Source: Candidatus Methanoperedens sp. (GTDB lineage: Archaea; Halobacteriota; Methanosarcinia; Methanosarcinales; Methanoperedenaceae). Taken from it: a stretch of 32,000 bases of DNA. The stretch spans positions 60,001-92,000 of the forward strand of contig JAPZAR010000006.1 in NCBI GenBank assembly GCA_027460535.1, written 5' to 3'. The notes under the pieces are model-generated. The model did no database searches. It was not told the DNA's origin and worked only from the letters and a program-made list of their open reading frames with translations. The translations under genes and the position numbers were made by a program. Of this stretch, positions 1 to 9,245 are shown piece after piece (the stretch's first letter is position 1; each line of letters opens with the position of its first letter).

Positions 1-1
1 A

Positions 2-250
2 GCGGAGGTAACCGGTATCACCGAAGGCAACGCTGCGGGTGCAAGAGGTCATGTAGACTGCATGGAGATCGTAAAGGACAGTGCTGTTGCTAAAGCCATT
101 CCTATTGTGAATGTTACGCATCCCCTTGCGAAAGTAACCCATGAAGCTGCTATCGGAAGCGTGGATAAAAGGCAACTTGAAACCCTGATGGCACACGGGC
201 TCACTCCAGAAGAGGCTGTGGACGTGATCGTAAAAGGGATATTGAAATAA
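2..250 (+). CDS. SufB/SufD-family Fe-S cluster assembly protein, C-terminal fragment (5' end lies outside the window)
   Basis: The frame is open from nt 2 to the stop at 248-250. The tail VTHEAAIGSVDKRQLETLMAHGLTPEEAVDVIVKGIL fits the conserved SufB/SufD C-terminal pattern (THEA.IG....QL.YL..RGL.EEEA) as I remember it. Confidence 0.6.
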   Translation, partial: AEVTGITEGNAAGARGHVDCMEIVKDSAVAKAIPIVNVTHPLAKVTHEAAIGSVDKRQLETLMAHGLTPEEAVDVIVKGILK

Positions 251-397
251 AATATCACATAGGCCTATAGGAGACCTGAGTATGCGATTATCATATCAAA
301 TTTTCTTGATATTCAAGTATAATGTTTATTTTATAAACGTCTGTTTAGATTTAGCAGATATCAGTTGTATGAAAACACATAAGGAGAGAGGCGATAC

Positions 398-1498
398 TTG
401 AAAGAAATAACCGGTCGTTCCGGGGGAACAGGTAAAGGAAGTCTCAGTATAATAAGTAAGTTCCTGACCCTCTGGATCCTTCTCGCCATGGCAGCTGGCA
501 TAATTATTGGAGCAGTATATCCGCAGATAGCCAGGATATTGGATGCACATCGTATCGAGCAGGTCTCCCTGCCCATTGCGATAGGTCTTATATGGATGAT
601 GTATCCTCCTCTGGCTGGCGTGAAATACGAGGAACTCTCCAAAATGAAGAGGCAGGGAAAAGCCCTGAGCGCATCTATCATCCAGAACTGGATCATTGGT
701 CCCGTGCTGATGTTCTCCCTGGCATGGATCTTCCTCCCCGACCTCCCGGAGTACCGAATTGGCCTCATTTTGATCGGTCTCGCCCGCTGCATCGCCATGG
801 TTCTTGTCTGGAACCAGCTCGCAGGAGGGGACAACGACCTGTGCGCTGTCCTTGTTGCCATGAATTCTCTTTTCCAGGTAGCATTATATTCCGTGCTTGC
901 CTACGCATTTATCACAGTATTTTCCACATGGATAGGCGGCGCAGGAGCGGGAGCAATAGTCGATATATCGATCATGCAGGTCTCCAGGGCGGTTTTCATC
1001 TATCTTGGCATCCCTTTTATCGCGGGTATAATAACAAGGGCTGTTCTGATGAAAATCAAAGGAAAGGAATGGTACGATAATGTATTTATGGAAAAGCTTG
1101 GCCCGACTGCACTTATAGGGCTTCTCTTTACCATCATAGTAATGTTCTCCCTGAAGGGAGAGTACATAGTAGCCCTTCCATGGCATGTCTTCAGGATAGC
1201 AATCCCGCTCCTTGCATATTTTTCGATAATGTTCGGGCTTTCATTTTTCATGTCGCAGAAAATGGGCTTCTCCTATGAAGACTCCACGACTCTTGCTTTC
1301 ACCGCGGCAAGCAATAATTTCGAACTTGCCATTGCAGTTGCCATTGCGGTATTCGGGATAGGCTCCGGCGAGGCTTTCGCGGCCGTTGTCGGGCCGCTTA
1401 TCGAGGTTCCTGTGATGCTCGGGCTTGTCCATGTCGCCTGGATGGCGAGGGCGAAATGGTTTGACAAAAACGGTTTGCCACTATCAGTTAAGAGATAA
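398..1498 (+). CDS. acr3: ACR3-family arsenite efflux permease
   Basis: A 366-aa polytopic membrane ORF. It has FLTLWILLAMAAGIIIG near the N-terminus and AFTAASNNFELAIAVAIAVFG near the C-terminus, both typical of ACR3. The TTG start follows aaggagagagg; the start is uncertain. Confidence 0.85.
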   Translation: MKEITGRSGGTGKGSLSIISKFLTLWILLAMAAGIIIGAVYPQIARILDAHRIEQVSLPIAIGLIWMMYPPLAGVKYEELSKMKRQGKALSASIIQNWIIGPVLMFSLAWIFLPDLPEYRIGLILIGLARCIAMVLVWNQLAGGDNDLCAVLVAMNSLFQVALYSVLAYAFITVFSTWIGGAGAGAIVDISIMQVSRAVFIYLGIPFIAGIITRAVLMKIKGKEWYDNVFMEKLGPTALIGLLFTIIVMFSLKGEYIVALPWHVFRIAIPLLAYFSIMFGLSFFMSQKMGFSYEDSTTLAFTAASNNFELAIAVAIAVFGIGSGEAFAAVVGPLIEVPVMLGLVHVAWMARAKWFDKNGLPLSVKR

Positions 1499-1513
1499 AA
1501 GGAGGAATTTCAA

Positions 1514-1810
1514 ATGTCATGGTTCAACGAGAACACACCTGAGGTTGCGAAAGCGTTCTCTGAATTGAGAAATGCCGTCTATAAGGAAGGCGCCCTTGAC
1601 CAGCGCACAAAAGAACTCATCTCCGTGGCTGCGTCTGCACTCATGAGATGCGAGCGCTGTACCGAGATACACGCCGAGCGCGCAAAGAAACATGGTGCTA
1701 CCAACGAACAGATAGCTGAGGCAGTGGCATGTGCCATGTTCGTGGCTGCGGGTTCGCAACTGTCATGGAGCGAGGTGTATAGCAGAATAATGGAAGAAAA
1801 GCAGGAATAA
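1514..1810 (+). CDS. Carboxymuconolactone decarboxylase (AhpD-like) family protein
   Basis: 98 aa with LDQRTKELISVAASALMRCERCTEIH, the AhpD/CMD-type CxxC helix motif. A ggagg RBS sits 6-10 nt upstream. The gene is tightly coupled to acr3. Confidence 0.75.
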   Translation: MSWFNENTPEVAKAFSELRNAVYKEGALDQRTKELISVAASALMRCERCTEIHAERAKKHGATNEQIAEAVACAMFVAAGSQLSWSEVYSRIMEEKQE

Positions 1811-1891
1811 ATGGGATTACGAAAAAGCCTATCAAATCAGAAATATTAAAGACCTATCGAGGACATCTATCTACTAAGGGAGGAGAGTTCA

Positions 1892-2083
1892 ATGATAGAT
1901 AACACACCGGAAGAGATCATAGAAATGGCAGAAAGCCTTATGAAGGATATTTCGGATTCAAAAGATAATCTTGACATTACGTCGACGGCAAGTTTTGTGG
2001 ATAGATGTGCCCAGGTGGTCAAAATCCTTGCAGAAAGCGTGGCAGAGCTTCATCAGCGCGTGGACGTGCTCACAGAGAAATAA
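1892..2083 (+). CDS. Hypothetical small acidic protein (63 aa)
   Basis: A strong SD (aagggaggag) lies just upstream of the ATG and a T8 run follows the gene. No family was recognised. Confidence 0.45.
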   Translation: MIDNTPEEIIEMAESLMKDISDSKDNLDITSTASFVDRCAQVVKILAESVAELHQRVDVLTEK

Positions 2084-2140
2084 TAAATCATCACCGATTT
2101 TAGCAGGATTCCAGAGATAAACGATAACGTTAAGCAATAA

Positions 2141-2148
2141 TTTTTTTT
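2141..2148 (+). terminator. Oligo-T (T8) candidate archaeal terminator
   Basis: A run of 8 T about 58 nt after the stop of the 1892-2083 ORF. Archaeal RNAP terminates at oligo-T tracts. Confidence 0.35.
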
Positions 2149-2333
2149 GTCTTCCAAAGTTTATCATATAATGAAGTGAGTAATGGAATAAATTCCTATG
2201 CTCCGGCATGGATACTTCGGGTTTTAATATACTGATTTGCGATTCTCGCGCAGGAAAAAATAATTATTTTATCCATACATACCCGGATAAGAATAATACA
2301 GGAGAAAGCAACGTAGTGAAACCTGAGAAAAAT

Positions 2334-3509
2334 ATGATCAAAAAAGATGTTATCATAATAGGAGCAGGTGCATCAGGCATGATGTGCGCCATTGAATCCG
2401 GAAAAAGAGGTCGCTCTGTCCTCGTTCTTGACCGCGCTTCGAAAATCGGGAAAAAAATTCGCATTTCGGGGGGTGGAAGCTGTAATTTTACTAATATAAA
2501 TACATCCCACATGAATTATTTATCAAATAATCCTCATTTCTGCAAGTCTGCGCTTTCCCGTTTTACTCCGGATGATTTTATCGCCCTGCTTGAAAAACAC
2601 GGCGTAAAATATCAGGAAAGAGAACAGGGTCAATTATTCTGCGCAAAAAGCTCGGAGGATATAATAAGAATGCTCCAGGATGAAAGTAATGATGCGGGTG
2701 TAAACATGATTTTAAATTGCCAGATCATGGATGTGAAAAAAGAATTATCTTTTATAGTATCGACTGATCATGGGATTTTTGAGTCGGAGTCGCTTGTGAT
2801 TGCTACCGGTGGATTGTCTTACCCACAGATAGGAGCTTCAGGCATCGGGTACAGGATAGCAAAGCAGTTCGGCCTAAATATTAAAGAGCCAAAACCCGCG
2901 CTTGTTCCTTTCATTTTTTCCCCGGAAGACCTGGCAAGGTTTGCCGAACTGAGCGGTATTTCAATTGATGCCGTTATCAAATGCAATAATATGGAGTTTC
3001 GGGGAAGCATCCTTTTCACTCACAGGGGACTTAGCGGTCCTGCAATACTTCAAATTTCATCATACTGGAAGGAGGGAGACACCATCGTTATCGATCTATT
3101 GCCTGATATTGATTTATACGGTATTTTCATGGCAAGACAGCAAAACAAAAGTAAAATTGAGATGCATAACCTGCTTTCGGAATATCTGCCTTTGCGATTT
3201 TCGAAGATATGGTGTGCCTTGAGTCTCCAGTCAAAACCGATCAGTCAATATAATGAAAAGGAACTCAGGAACATCGATCATCAGGTTCATAACTGGGAGA
3301 TCAAACCGGGATCTACTGAAGGCTTTGAAACGGCTGAGGTCACTCTTGGAGGAATTGACACGAATGAACTCTCATCCAAAACAATGGAATCCAGGAAAGT
3401 AAGAGGTCTTTATTTTACAGGTGAGGTCATAGATGTGACAGGGCAACTGGGGGGATACAATTTACAGTGGGCATGGGCTTCCGGTTTTGTAGCGGGACAG
3501 TATGCATAA
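2334..3509 (+). CDS. HI0933/BaiN-like NAD(P)/FAD-dependent oxidoreductase
   Basis: DVIIIGAGASGMMCA is a Rossmann GxGxxG motif. The internal RISGGGSCNFTN and C-terminal GGYNLQWAWASGFVAG are typical of the HI0933-like flavoprotein family. The ORF opens at 2208, but the conserved domain starts at the ATG at 2334; a GTG at 2316 after aggaga is an alternative start. Confidence 0.8.
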   Translation: MIKKDVIIIGAGASGMMCAIESGKRGRSVLVLDRASKIGKKIRISGGGSCNFTNINTSHMNYLSNNPHFCKSALSRFTPDDFIALLEKHGVKYQEREQGQLFCAKSSEDIIRMLQDESNDAGVNMILNCQIMDVKKELSFIVSTDHGIFESESLVIATGGLSYPQIGASGIGYRIAKQFGLNIKEPKPALVPFIFSPEDLARFAELSGISIDAVIKCNNMEFRGSILFTHRGLSGPAILQISSYWKEGDTIVIDLLPDIDLYGIFMARQQNKSKIEMHNLLSEYLPLRFSKIWCALSLQSKPISQYNEKELRNIDHQVHNWEIKPGSTEGFETAEVTLGGIDTNELSSKTMESRKVRGLYFTGEVIDVTGQLGGYNLQWAWASGFVAGQYA

Positions 3510-3543
3510 GACAATGGAAGAAATACTGGAATCCGCAAACGCA

Positions 3544-3550
3544 TTTTTTT
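3544..3550 (+). terminator. Oligo-T (T7) candidate terminator
   Basis: A T7 run 35 nt after the stop of the flavoprotein gene, in the convergent intergenic gap. Confidence 0.4.
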
Positions 3551-3605
3551 ATTCTGGTATTCATAGGGGCGAATATTTCAGGAACGCATTACAGTTCTTT
3601 CCCGG

Positions 3606-4172
3606 TTATTTTTTTGCAGGCTGATAGACAAGTAAAATATTCCCCGAATTAAACGTCATTGTTCTTAAAAGTTTAAGATCAATCCTGTCCTTGATGTGTT
3701 TTAATAATGGTTTGCCATTGCCTAAGATAACAGGATTCACTATAATCCGGTATTCATCAATTAAGCCAAGCTGTGTAAAAGTTGATACAATGCTGCCACT
3801 ACCGAATATCACCATGTCCTTACCGTGCCGCTGTTTCATTTTTGCGATTTCTTCCGGGATTACCTCTTTAACCAGCCTGGCATTTTTCCATTCAACTTTT
3901 CCCAGAGTCTTTGAGAAAACAATTTTGGTCATATTATTTATTTTGTGAGCAATTTCAAGATCGCTCTTTGAAGTTGATGCAACCGCGGCAGGCCAATAAC
4001 TTTCAAAAAGCTGATAAGTCACTCGTCCGAATAAAATAGTATCGACCGTATTAAGTAGATCGATGGCATACTGGTTGAATTCTTCATCCACGATATGCCA
4101 ATCTATTTCCCCATTAGGTCCTGCAAAGAATCCATCAAGTGTTACCATCTCGGATACAATTATTTTTCTCAT
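3606..4172 (-). CDS. RibD C-terminal domain / dihydrofolate-reductase-like protein (paralog 1, type I)
   Basis: MRKIIVSEMVTLDGFFAGPNGEIDW and ILFGRVTYQLFESYWP are hallmark motifs of PF01872-type DHFR-like proteins. Size is 188 aa. Confidence 0.8.
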   Translation of the reverse strand: MRKIIVSEMVTLDGFFAGPNGEIDWHIVDEEFNQYAIDLLNTVDTILFGRVTYQLFESYWPAAVASTSKSDLEIAHKINNMTKIVFSKTLGKVEWKNARLVKEVIPEEIAKMKQRHGKDMVIFGSGSIVSTFTQLGLIDEYRIIVNPVILGNGKPLLKHIKDRIDLKLLRTMTFNSGNILLVYQPAKK

Positions 4173-4183
4173 GCTAATCCTCC

Positions 4184-4591
4184 TTATTGATATGCTGAAT
4201 TTTCAAGAAGTGATTTTAACTTTTCCAGGTCCCTTGTGACTGCCTCTGCGTCCTTGGCAAACAATTGGTCTGATGTGCCCGGCCGCCGATACAGCGTGAA
4301 GATTAATTCACTGCCATCATTGTTGATAAATACGCGCATGGGATTATAGATTTTCGCTCCAGACGGCAAAGTGACGTCGTGATCCAGAATGCCGAATTTA
4401 TTTTTGTCAGCGAATTTAACTTTGACTCTTCCCATCGGGGATTCGGCGATCCAGTCACCCTTGACATTCTTTATGGAACCGCTGAGTCCTGCGGCCCATT
4501 TGGGCAGATTCTCAGGATTTGAAACGAATTCGTAAACCTGTTCCGCCGACCGATTGATCGAAACACTGATATGCTGGGATTTAAACGTCAT
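4184..4591 (-). CDS. SRPBCC (polyketide cyclase/START-like) family protein
   Basis: 135 aa. The N-terminal I.RSAEQVYEFVSNPENLPKW pattern is typical of SRPBCC ligand-binding proteins. Confidence 0.55.
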   Translation of the reverse strand: MTFKSQHISVSINRSAEQVYEFVSNPENLPKWAAGLSGSIKNVKGDWIAESPMGRVKVKFADKNKFGILDHDVTLPSGAKIYNPMRVFINNDGSELIFTLYRRPGTSDQLFAKDAEAVTRDLEKLKSLLENSAYQ

Positions 4592-4617
4592 TAAAGTCTC
4601 TGTTCATATCTATTTCT

Positions 4618-5100
4618 CTATCTCTTGTTTGCCAGCTCATACGCTTGCTTTAAAGTTTTTATGTCAATTTTATCCATTTTAAGCATTGCAGCCATGACTC
4701 TTTTTGATTTCTCCGGGTCTTTGTCCTGCAACATCTCGACTAATACAACAGGAACGATCTGCCATGACACACCAAATTTATCTTTTAGCCAGCCGCATTG
4801 TTGTTTTTCTCCGCCTTCGGAGAGCTTCTCCCAAAACTTGTCTACTTCTTCCTGTGTCTGGCAGTTCACGACAAAAGATATGGCTTGTGAGAAAGTGAAT
4901 TGCGGGCCGCCGTTAAGTGCTACAAATTCTTGCCCTTCGATTAGGAAACTCGCGGTCATTACCGTACCTTTCGGGCCTGGCCCTTCCTCTCCATATCGAG
5001 TAACGCTTATAATCTTTGAATTTTTAAAAATTGAAATATAAAATTTCATCGCCTCTTCGGCTTTGCCGTCGAACCACAAGAATGGGGTAATTTTTTGCAT
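4618..5100 (-). CDS. PhnB-like VOC/glyoxalase-fold protein (3-demethylubiquinone-9 3-methyltransferase-domain family)
   Basis: [37 protein letters not shown] and [16 protein letters not shown] make up the characteristic signature of this family. Confidence 0.75.
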   Translation of the reverse strand: MQKITPFLWFDGKAEEAMKFYISIFKNSKIISVTRYGEEGPGPKGTVMTASFLIEGQEFVALNGGPQFTFSQAISFVVNCQTQEEVDKFWEKLSEGGEKQQCGWLKDKFGVSWQIVPVVLVEMLQDKDPEKSKRVMAAMLKMDKIDIKTLKQAYELANKR

Positions 5101-5200
5101 ATGTATCTCCTTTCAGTTTTCTTGCTTTAAATTGTTTCTAGTTTGAAAAATGTTTTGTTCACAATTTTTATTTTTGTCATTTCATTCAAATTTATTCAAA

Positions 5201-5584
5201 TTAAACATTTGTCGGATATACAAACGCAGTTTCTTTTTCTTCTGTCTTTATAGGTCTTACTTCAACACTTGCAGAAGCAACGTACTCAAATTCGGGATTG
5301 TTTTTTGCAATGCTAATAGCTTCATTAATGTCATTTGCTAAAATATGGTAATATCCTACCTGGACATCTTTGCCTATTACAATAATATTTTCTTTCCACT
5401 CCTTATTTGTCCTGGTAATAATAACCCCTTCAAGTATGAGTGGTTGTGCGGCTATCAATTTATTTTGACTTTTTAAAATGTCAATATATATCTCACATTT
5501 TTTAATGAACGCCAGGTGTTCTTCAGCAGACAATGATGCTTTTGCTTCACCATCATTTCGTATAAGCAGCATAAATTCTTTCAT
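5201..5584 (-). CDS. YciI-like (YCII/DGPF) family protein
   Basis: 127 aa. MLLIRNDGE, GYYHILANDINEAISIAKNNPEF and VEVRPI fit the YCII-family pattern. Confidence 0.6.
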   Translation of the reverse strand: MKEFMLLIRNDGEAKASLSAEEHLAFIKKCEIYIDILKSQNKLIAAQPLILEGVIITRTNKEWKENIIVIGKDVQVGYYHILANDINEAISIAKNNPEFEYVASASVEVRPIKTEEKETAFVYPTNV

Positions 5585-5703
5585 ATTTTCATTTTATCCT
5601 TTTGTTAATTCTTTCGCAAGAAGTTCGTTGAGACGATCATATGAATATTTGACGCCTCTTTCCATGCCAGATTCTCAATCCATGCTAAATCCTCTCATCG
5701 CTT

Positions 5704-6279
5704 TCAGGCATGTCCGTATTTAAGCAAGACGATTCCATTTTTAAATGCTCTTGCTCCGAGAAGCTTCAGGTTCATCTTTTTAACGTCTTTGAATAAGCAT
5801 TTGCCAGCGCCTAAAATAACGGGGACGATCACAAGTTGGTATTCATCGATGAGACCGTGGTTTGCAAACTGTTGCACGATAGTACCGCTACCCAATATTG
5901 TGAAATCTTCGCCCTCCTGCTCTTTCAGCTTGATAATTTCTTCCGGCTTTATTTCATGAAAGAGCTTGATGTTTTTCCAATTGTGCCCTTCTTCCACATT
6001 CTGCAGCGTTTTTGAAAAAACTATCTTCGGGCTATTGTTCACAACCCGAGCCATACCCGGATCGTTCTTGATCGCATCCGGGGTGGGCCAGTAGCTTTTC
6101 ATCATCTCATAGGTCGTATGGCCAAAAATCAGCGTATTGCCTGATTTGGCCGCCTGCTCATGGGTATACGAATCGTATTCATCATCTTTTTTAATTGCCT
6201 TGAACCAATCTATCTCACCGTGTGGTCCGGCAAAGAAGCCGTCGACTGTCACGTGATTAAATACGCTTATTTTTCTCAT
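5704..6279 (-). CDS. RibD_C / DHFR-like protein (paralog 2, type I)
   Basis: MRKISVFNHVTVDGFFAGPHGEIDW and LIFGHTTYEMMKSYWP. Clearly paralogous to 3606-4172. Confidence 0.8.
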   Translation of the reverse strand: MRKISVFNHVTVDGFFAGPHGEIDWFKAIKKDDEYDSYTHEQAAKSGNTLIFGHTTYEMMKSYWPTPDAIKNDPGMARVVNNSPKIVFSKTLQNVEEGHNWKNIKLFHEIKPEEIIKLKEQEGEDFTILGSGTIVQQFANHGLIDEYQLVIVPVILGAGKCLFKDVKKMNLKLLGARAFKNGIVLLKYGHA

Positions 6280-6289
6280 ATTGCTTACC

Positions 6290-6880
6290 TCACGTACTCT
6301 GTGGTTGATAGGTAAGAATCACAACACCAGAACTTGTTGTCTTGCTGTCTACCAGTTTCAATTTTATGGGACCAACCCCGTTTTCAAACAGGCGCTTTCC
6401 ACTGCCCAAAACGAGGGGATGGATCATAAGAACATATTCGTCAACTATCCCAGCCTTCATCAGGGACTGCACCAGCTTCCCGCTGCCTGGGACGTACAGA
6501 AACCCAGAACCAGGTTGCTGCTTCAGTTTGGCGACCTCTTCCTCGACATTCTTCTTGATCAGCATTGAATTGTTCCACTCTACCTTATCCAGGGTCGTAG
6601 ATACCACATATTTGGGTATGCTATTCAGTTTATGGCCTATTGGGTCATCTTCAGGCGCATTGGGCCAGTACGCGGCAAAGATCTGATAGGTCACCCGACC
6701 AAGGAGCAAAGCATCTGCAGCCGCTATCAGCTCACCTATAATTTTTCCCTTTTCAGCGTCGAAGTATGGCATTTGCCAGCCGCCGTACTTGAACCCTCTT
6801 TCCGTATCCTCCCAAGGATAACTCGGCGCCTGCATGATACCATCCAAAGTCAGAAAATCTCCTACAACTAATTTTTTCAT
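6290..6880 (-). CDS. RibD_C / DHFR-like protein (paralog 3, type II)
   Basis: MKKLVVGDFLTLDGIMQAP, GFKYGGW and LLLGRVTYQIFAAYWP. Paralogous to 7333-7947. Confidence 0.8.
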   Translation of the reverse strand: MKKLVVGDFLTLDGIMQAPSYPWEDTERGFKYGGWQMPYFDAEKGKIIGELIAAADALLLGRVTYQIFAAYWPNAPEDDPIGHKLNSIPKYVVSTTLDKVEWNNSMLIKKNVEEEVAKLKQQPGSGFLYVPGSGKLVQSLMKAGIVDEYVLMIHPLVLGSGKRLFENGVGPIKLKLVDSKTTSSGVVILTYQPQST

Positions 6881-6885
6881 GTCCT

Positions 6886-7328
6886 TTATCGCCCCTCGTA
6901 TGCCTGTTTTAAAGTTTTTATATCAATCTTTTTCATCTTGAGCATCGCCTGCATTACGCGATCGGCTTTCTCTCGATCGGGGTCATTGAGCAAGCGTGGC
7001 AGGGTAGTAGGAATAATTTGCCAGGAAAAACCGTATTTGTCTTGAAGCCAGCCGCACTGCTGGGCCTTCGGATCGCCGCCCTCACTGAGCTTATTCCAAT
7101 AATAGTCAACTTCTTCTTGCTTTTCGCATTCTACATAGAAGGATACGGCGCCAGATGGCTTAAAGAACTGACCACCGTCGAGGGCCATAAACCTTTGCCC
7201 CTCCACTTCAAACACAGCGGTGAGGACTTTTCCCTCCATGCCTTTCATCGGTCCAACCAAAGGCCCCTCGGGATAGCGTTTTTATCAAACCATAAGAAGG
7301 GAGTTATTTTTTGCTTGAAGGTAGCCAT
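6886..7328 (-). pseudogene. PhnB-like VOC protein, internally deleted and frameshifted paralog of 4618-5100
   Basis: The ATG at 7328 encodes [18 protein letters not shown], matching [14 protein letters not shown] of the intact paralog, then reaches a stop. The remainder, RYPEGPLVGPMKGMEGKVLTAVFEVEGQ... to [14 protein letters not shown], continues in another frame as track ORF 6886-7260. About 20 codons of the N-terminal region are missing. Confidence 0.6.
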
Positions 7329-7332
7329 AATT

Positions 7333-7947
7333 TTACTCCTTTAGCGCAAACGATCCCGTCTTTAGGTCTCCGGCGGGTTCATAGGTAGCTATGATCACAC
7401 CGGTAGTAGAAGTTTTGCTATCAATCAGCTTGAGATTAACCGGTTGCGTTCCCTCACCAAACAGCCGCTTGCCCTTCCCTATAGTAACCGGGAAAATCCA
7501 TAACCGAAACTCATCGATAAGATCATGTTTAAGCAATGTTTGAATAAGATTGCCGCTACCGTGCACCTGGAGTTCGGGCCCTTTTTGCTCCTTGAGATTT
7601 CTGATTGCCTGCGCCACGTTTCCCCTTACCAGTGTGGAATTATTCCAGGTCACTTCTCCAAGGGTTCTGGAGACAACATACTTCTTGACGCTGTTCAATT
7701 TGTCGGCAACCGGGTCATCTTTAACGTATGGCCAGTGCGCAGCAAAGATTTCATATGTCTTCCTGCCCAATAATAACTCAGAAGGCTTTGCCATAGATTC
7801 GCCCATTACTTGCCCCATCATGTCATCCCAGTAATTGACCGTCCATCCGCCGTAGGTAAAACCGCCGGTCGGATCTTCCTCCGGTCCCCCGGGTGCTTGC
7901 ATAACGCCATCAAGCGTTACAAATGTGCTTACAATAAGTTTTCTCAT
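7333..7947 (-). CDS. RibD_C / DHFR-like protein (paralog 4, type II)
   Basis: MRKLIVSTFVTLDGVMQAPGGPEED, GFTYGGW and LLLGRKTYEIFAAHWP. Confidence 0.8.
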   Translation of the reverse strand: MRKLIVSTFVTLDGVMQAPGGPEEDPTGGFTYGGWTVNYWDDMMGQVMGESMAKPSELLLGRKTYEIFAAHWPYVKDDPVADKLNSVKKYVVSRTLGEVTWNNSTLVRGNVAQAIRNLKEQKGPELQVHGSGNLIQTLLKHDLIDEFRLWIFPVTIGKGKRLFGEGTQPVNLKLIDSKTSTTGVIIATYEPAGDLKTGSFALKE

Positions 7948-7965
7948 AATGTTTTCTCCTTTTAA

Positions 7966-8475
7966 TCATTTCAGGCTTTCAGCAAGCTTGTCGAAGGATT
8001 CGTTCCAGCCAACTTCCGTCAAATCGCTCATCTGGCCCTCAGGGATGCCGACATGTCTCAAAGTCATCCTTGTTTTGCCATCATGTTCTTCGAATGTCAA
8101 AGTCACCTGCAATTCTAACGGGAAGTCTGCGCTCAAACCGTAGTAGGTGGCCGGGACCACATTGCCTTTCTCATCTGCAAAGCTATCGGTGCAGACGATA
8201 CGCTCTGGCTCAACTATTTCGCGATAGAAACCAGTGCTCCAAAAATCCTGTCCCTCGGGCGATCGCATGCAAAAGAGATAGGCTCCACCCACGCGGAAAT
8301 CGATTTTGCAGAAAGGTGACATAAAGTTTTTTGGCCCCCACCAGCGCTTCACGCGTTCGGGATCTGTCCACGCCTTCCACACAAGCTCACGCGGTGCGTC
8401 AAAAATTCGCGTTATGGCGATCTCCCGCTCCTTAGTCCTCTTTATGGCGTTGCTTTTTGCTTTTTTTTCGGTCAT
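7966..8475 (-). CDS. SRPBCC protein of the Aha1/AHSA1-domain type
   Basis: ITRIFDAPRELVWKAWTDPERVKRWWGP, GGAYLFCMRSPEG and GWNESFDKLAESL are typical of Activator-of-Hsp90-ATPase-homolog-1-like SRPBCC proteins. Confidence 0.75.
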   Translation of the reverse strand: MTEKKAKSNAIKRTKEREIAITRIFDAPRELVWKAWTDPERVKRWWGPKNFMSPFCKIDFRVGGAYLFCMRSPEGQDFWSTGFYREIVEPERIVCTDSFADEKGNVVPATYYGLSADFPLELQVTLTFEEHDGKTRMTLRHVGIPEGQMSDLTEVGWNESFDKLAESLK

Positions 8476-9011
8476 ATCTATTCCCCCTTGGTTGTTCTAA
8501 CGAATCAAGTCCCTTGCCCCCCGCTGACTCCCGGCGGTGAACAAAGAAAAACCCGCCCGGCAGCCACTCGTGGCTCGTTGTCATGATAATTTCTCCCCAC
8601 AAATACACTATTTAGTTTAATCTTCATAATAATAAAGTATTAGATTGCCATTCTTCAATTTCTCAATTATTTTACTACATGCTAAGAAAAACCAAAAAAT
8701 CATATGAACCTAGAAAGTATGATAATGTTTCATTTCTTGCTTTATTTTCTAATCGCTATTCTCCTAGCTCTATCCATGTCCCGATTTTAGCACCACGATT
8801 GTTATTCTGGTTCAAGATATTCCAATGGATGCACAAAACACGATCGTCTGCAGTCAGAAATCCCGACCGAGGAGGCTTGCATATCTTGCTAACTCCTGAA
8901 AGGCAGGATGAACCAGTTCAAGTTGTTTTCCTGAATTGGCTGATGGTTCTGAAATCTGGTTTTACAATCCTATGACATTTTCAATTTCGAATGATAATCC
9001 AACTCAAATAT

Positions 9012-9019
9012 TTTATATA
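9012..9019 (+). promoter_or_regulatory. TATA-box-like element (TTTATATA) for a probably leaderless transcript
   Basis: TTTATATA is centred about 26 nt upstream of the ATG at 9042 and there is no SD. This is the typical geometry of an archaeal leaderless mRNA. Confidence 0.35.
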
Positions 9020-9041
9020 TGATGAAAACCACTTCCTCATA

Positions 9042-9245
9042 ATGAAAAATCTCGATCGCATATTAGAACTGCTTCAAGACTCCAACTGGCATGGGGTTGA
9101 GGAGATAAATAATGAACTCCATCTGTCGGTAGATAGGTTGAATGAAGCGATTCGATTCCTGCTAGAATGGGGACTTATTGAGAAAGAAGAAGAGACTCTA
9201 AAAATAACAGTCGATGGACTGGAATATTTGGAACTTCAATTTTAA
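9042..9245 (+). CDS. Small winged-helix (wHTH) protein, hypothetical
   Basis: MKNLDRILELLQDSNWHGVEEINNELHLSVDRLNEAIRFLLEWGLIEKEE has a helix-turn-helix plus wing pattern. The track ORF starts at 8991, but the TATA geometry favours 9042. Confidence 0.4.
   Translation: MKNLDRILELLQDSNWHGVEEINNELHLSVDRLNEAIRFLLEWGLIEKEEETLKITVDGLEYLELQF

Noticed and set aside
398-1810. Incomplete ars operon (acr3 without arsR or arsC) as an anomaly
   Set aside because: Stand-alone acr3 genes with variable partners are common. The AhpD-like neighbour alone gives no grounds for a new system.
8679-8975. 98-aa plus-strand ORF, and possible gene relic on the minus strand (fragments such as ELVHPAFQELARYASLLGRDF and LTADDRVLCIHWNILNQNNNRGAKIGTWIELGE)
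   Set aside because: The plus-strand ORF has no RBS or promoter and an implausible composition. The minus-strand fragments look protein-like but are interrupted, and I cannot assign a family. The evidence is too weak to annotate without a database search.
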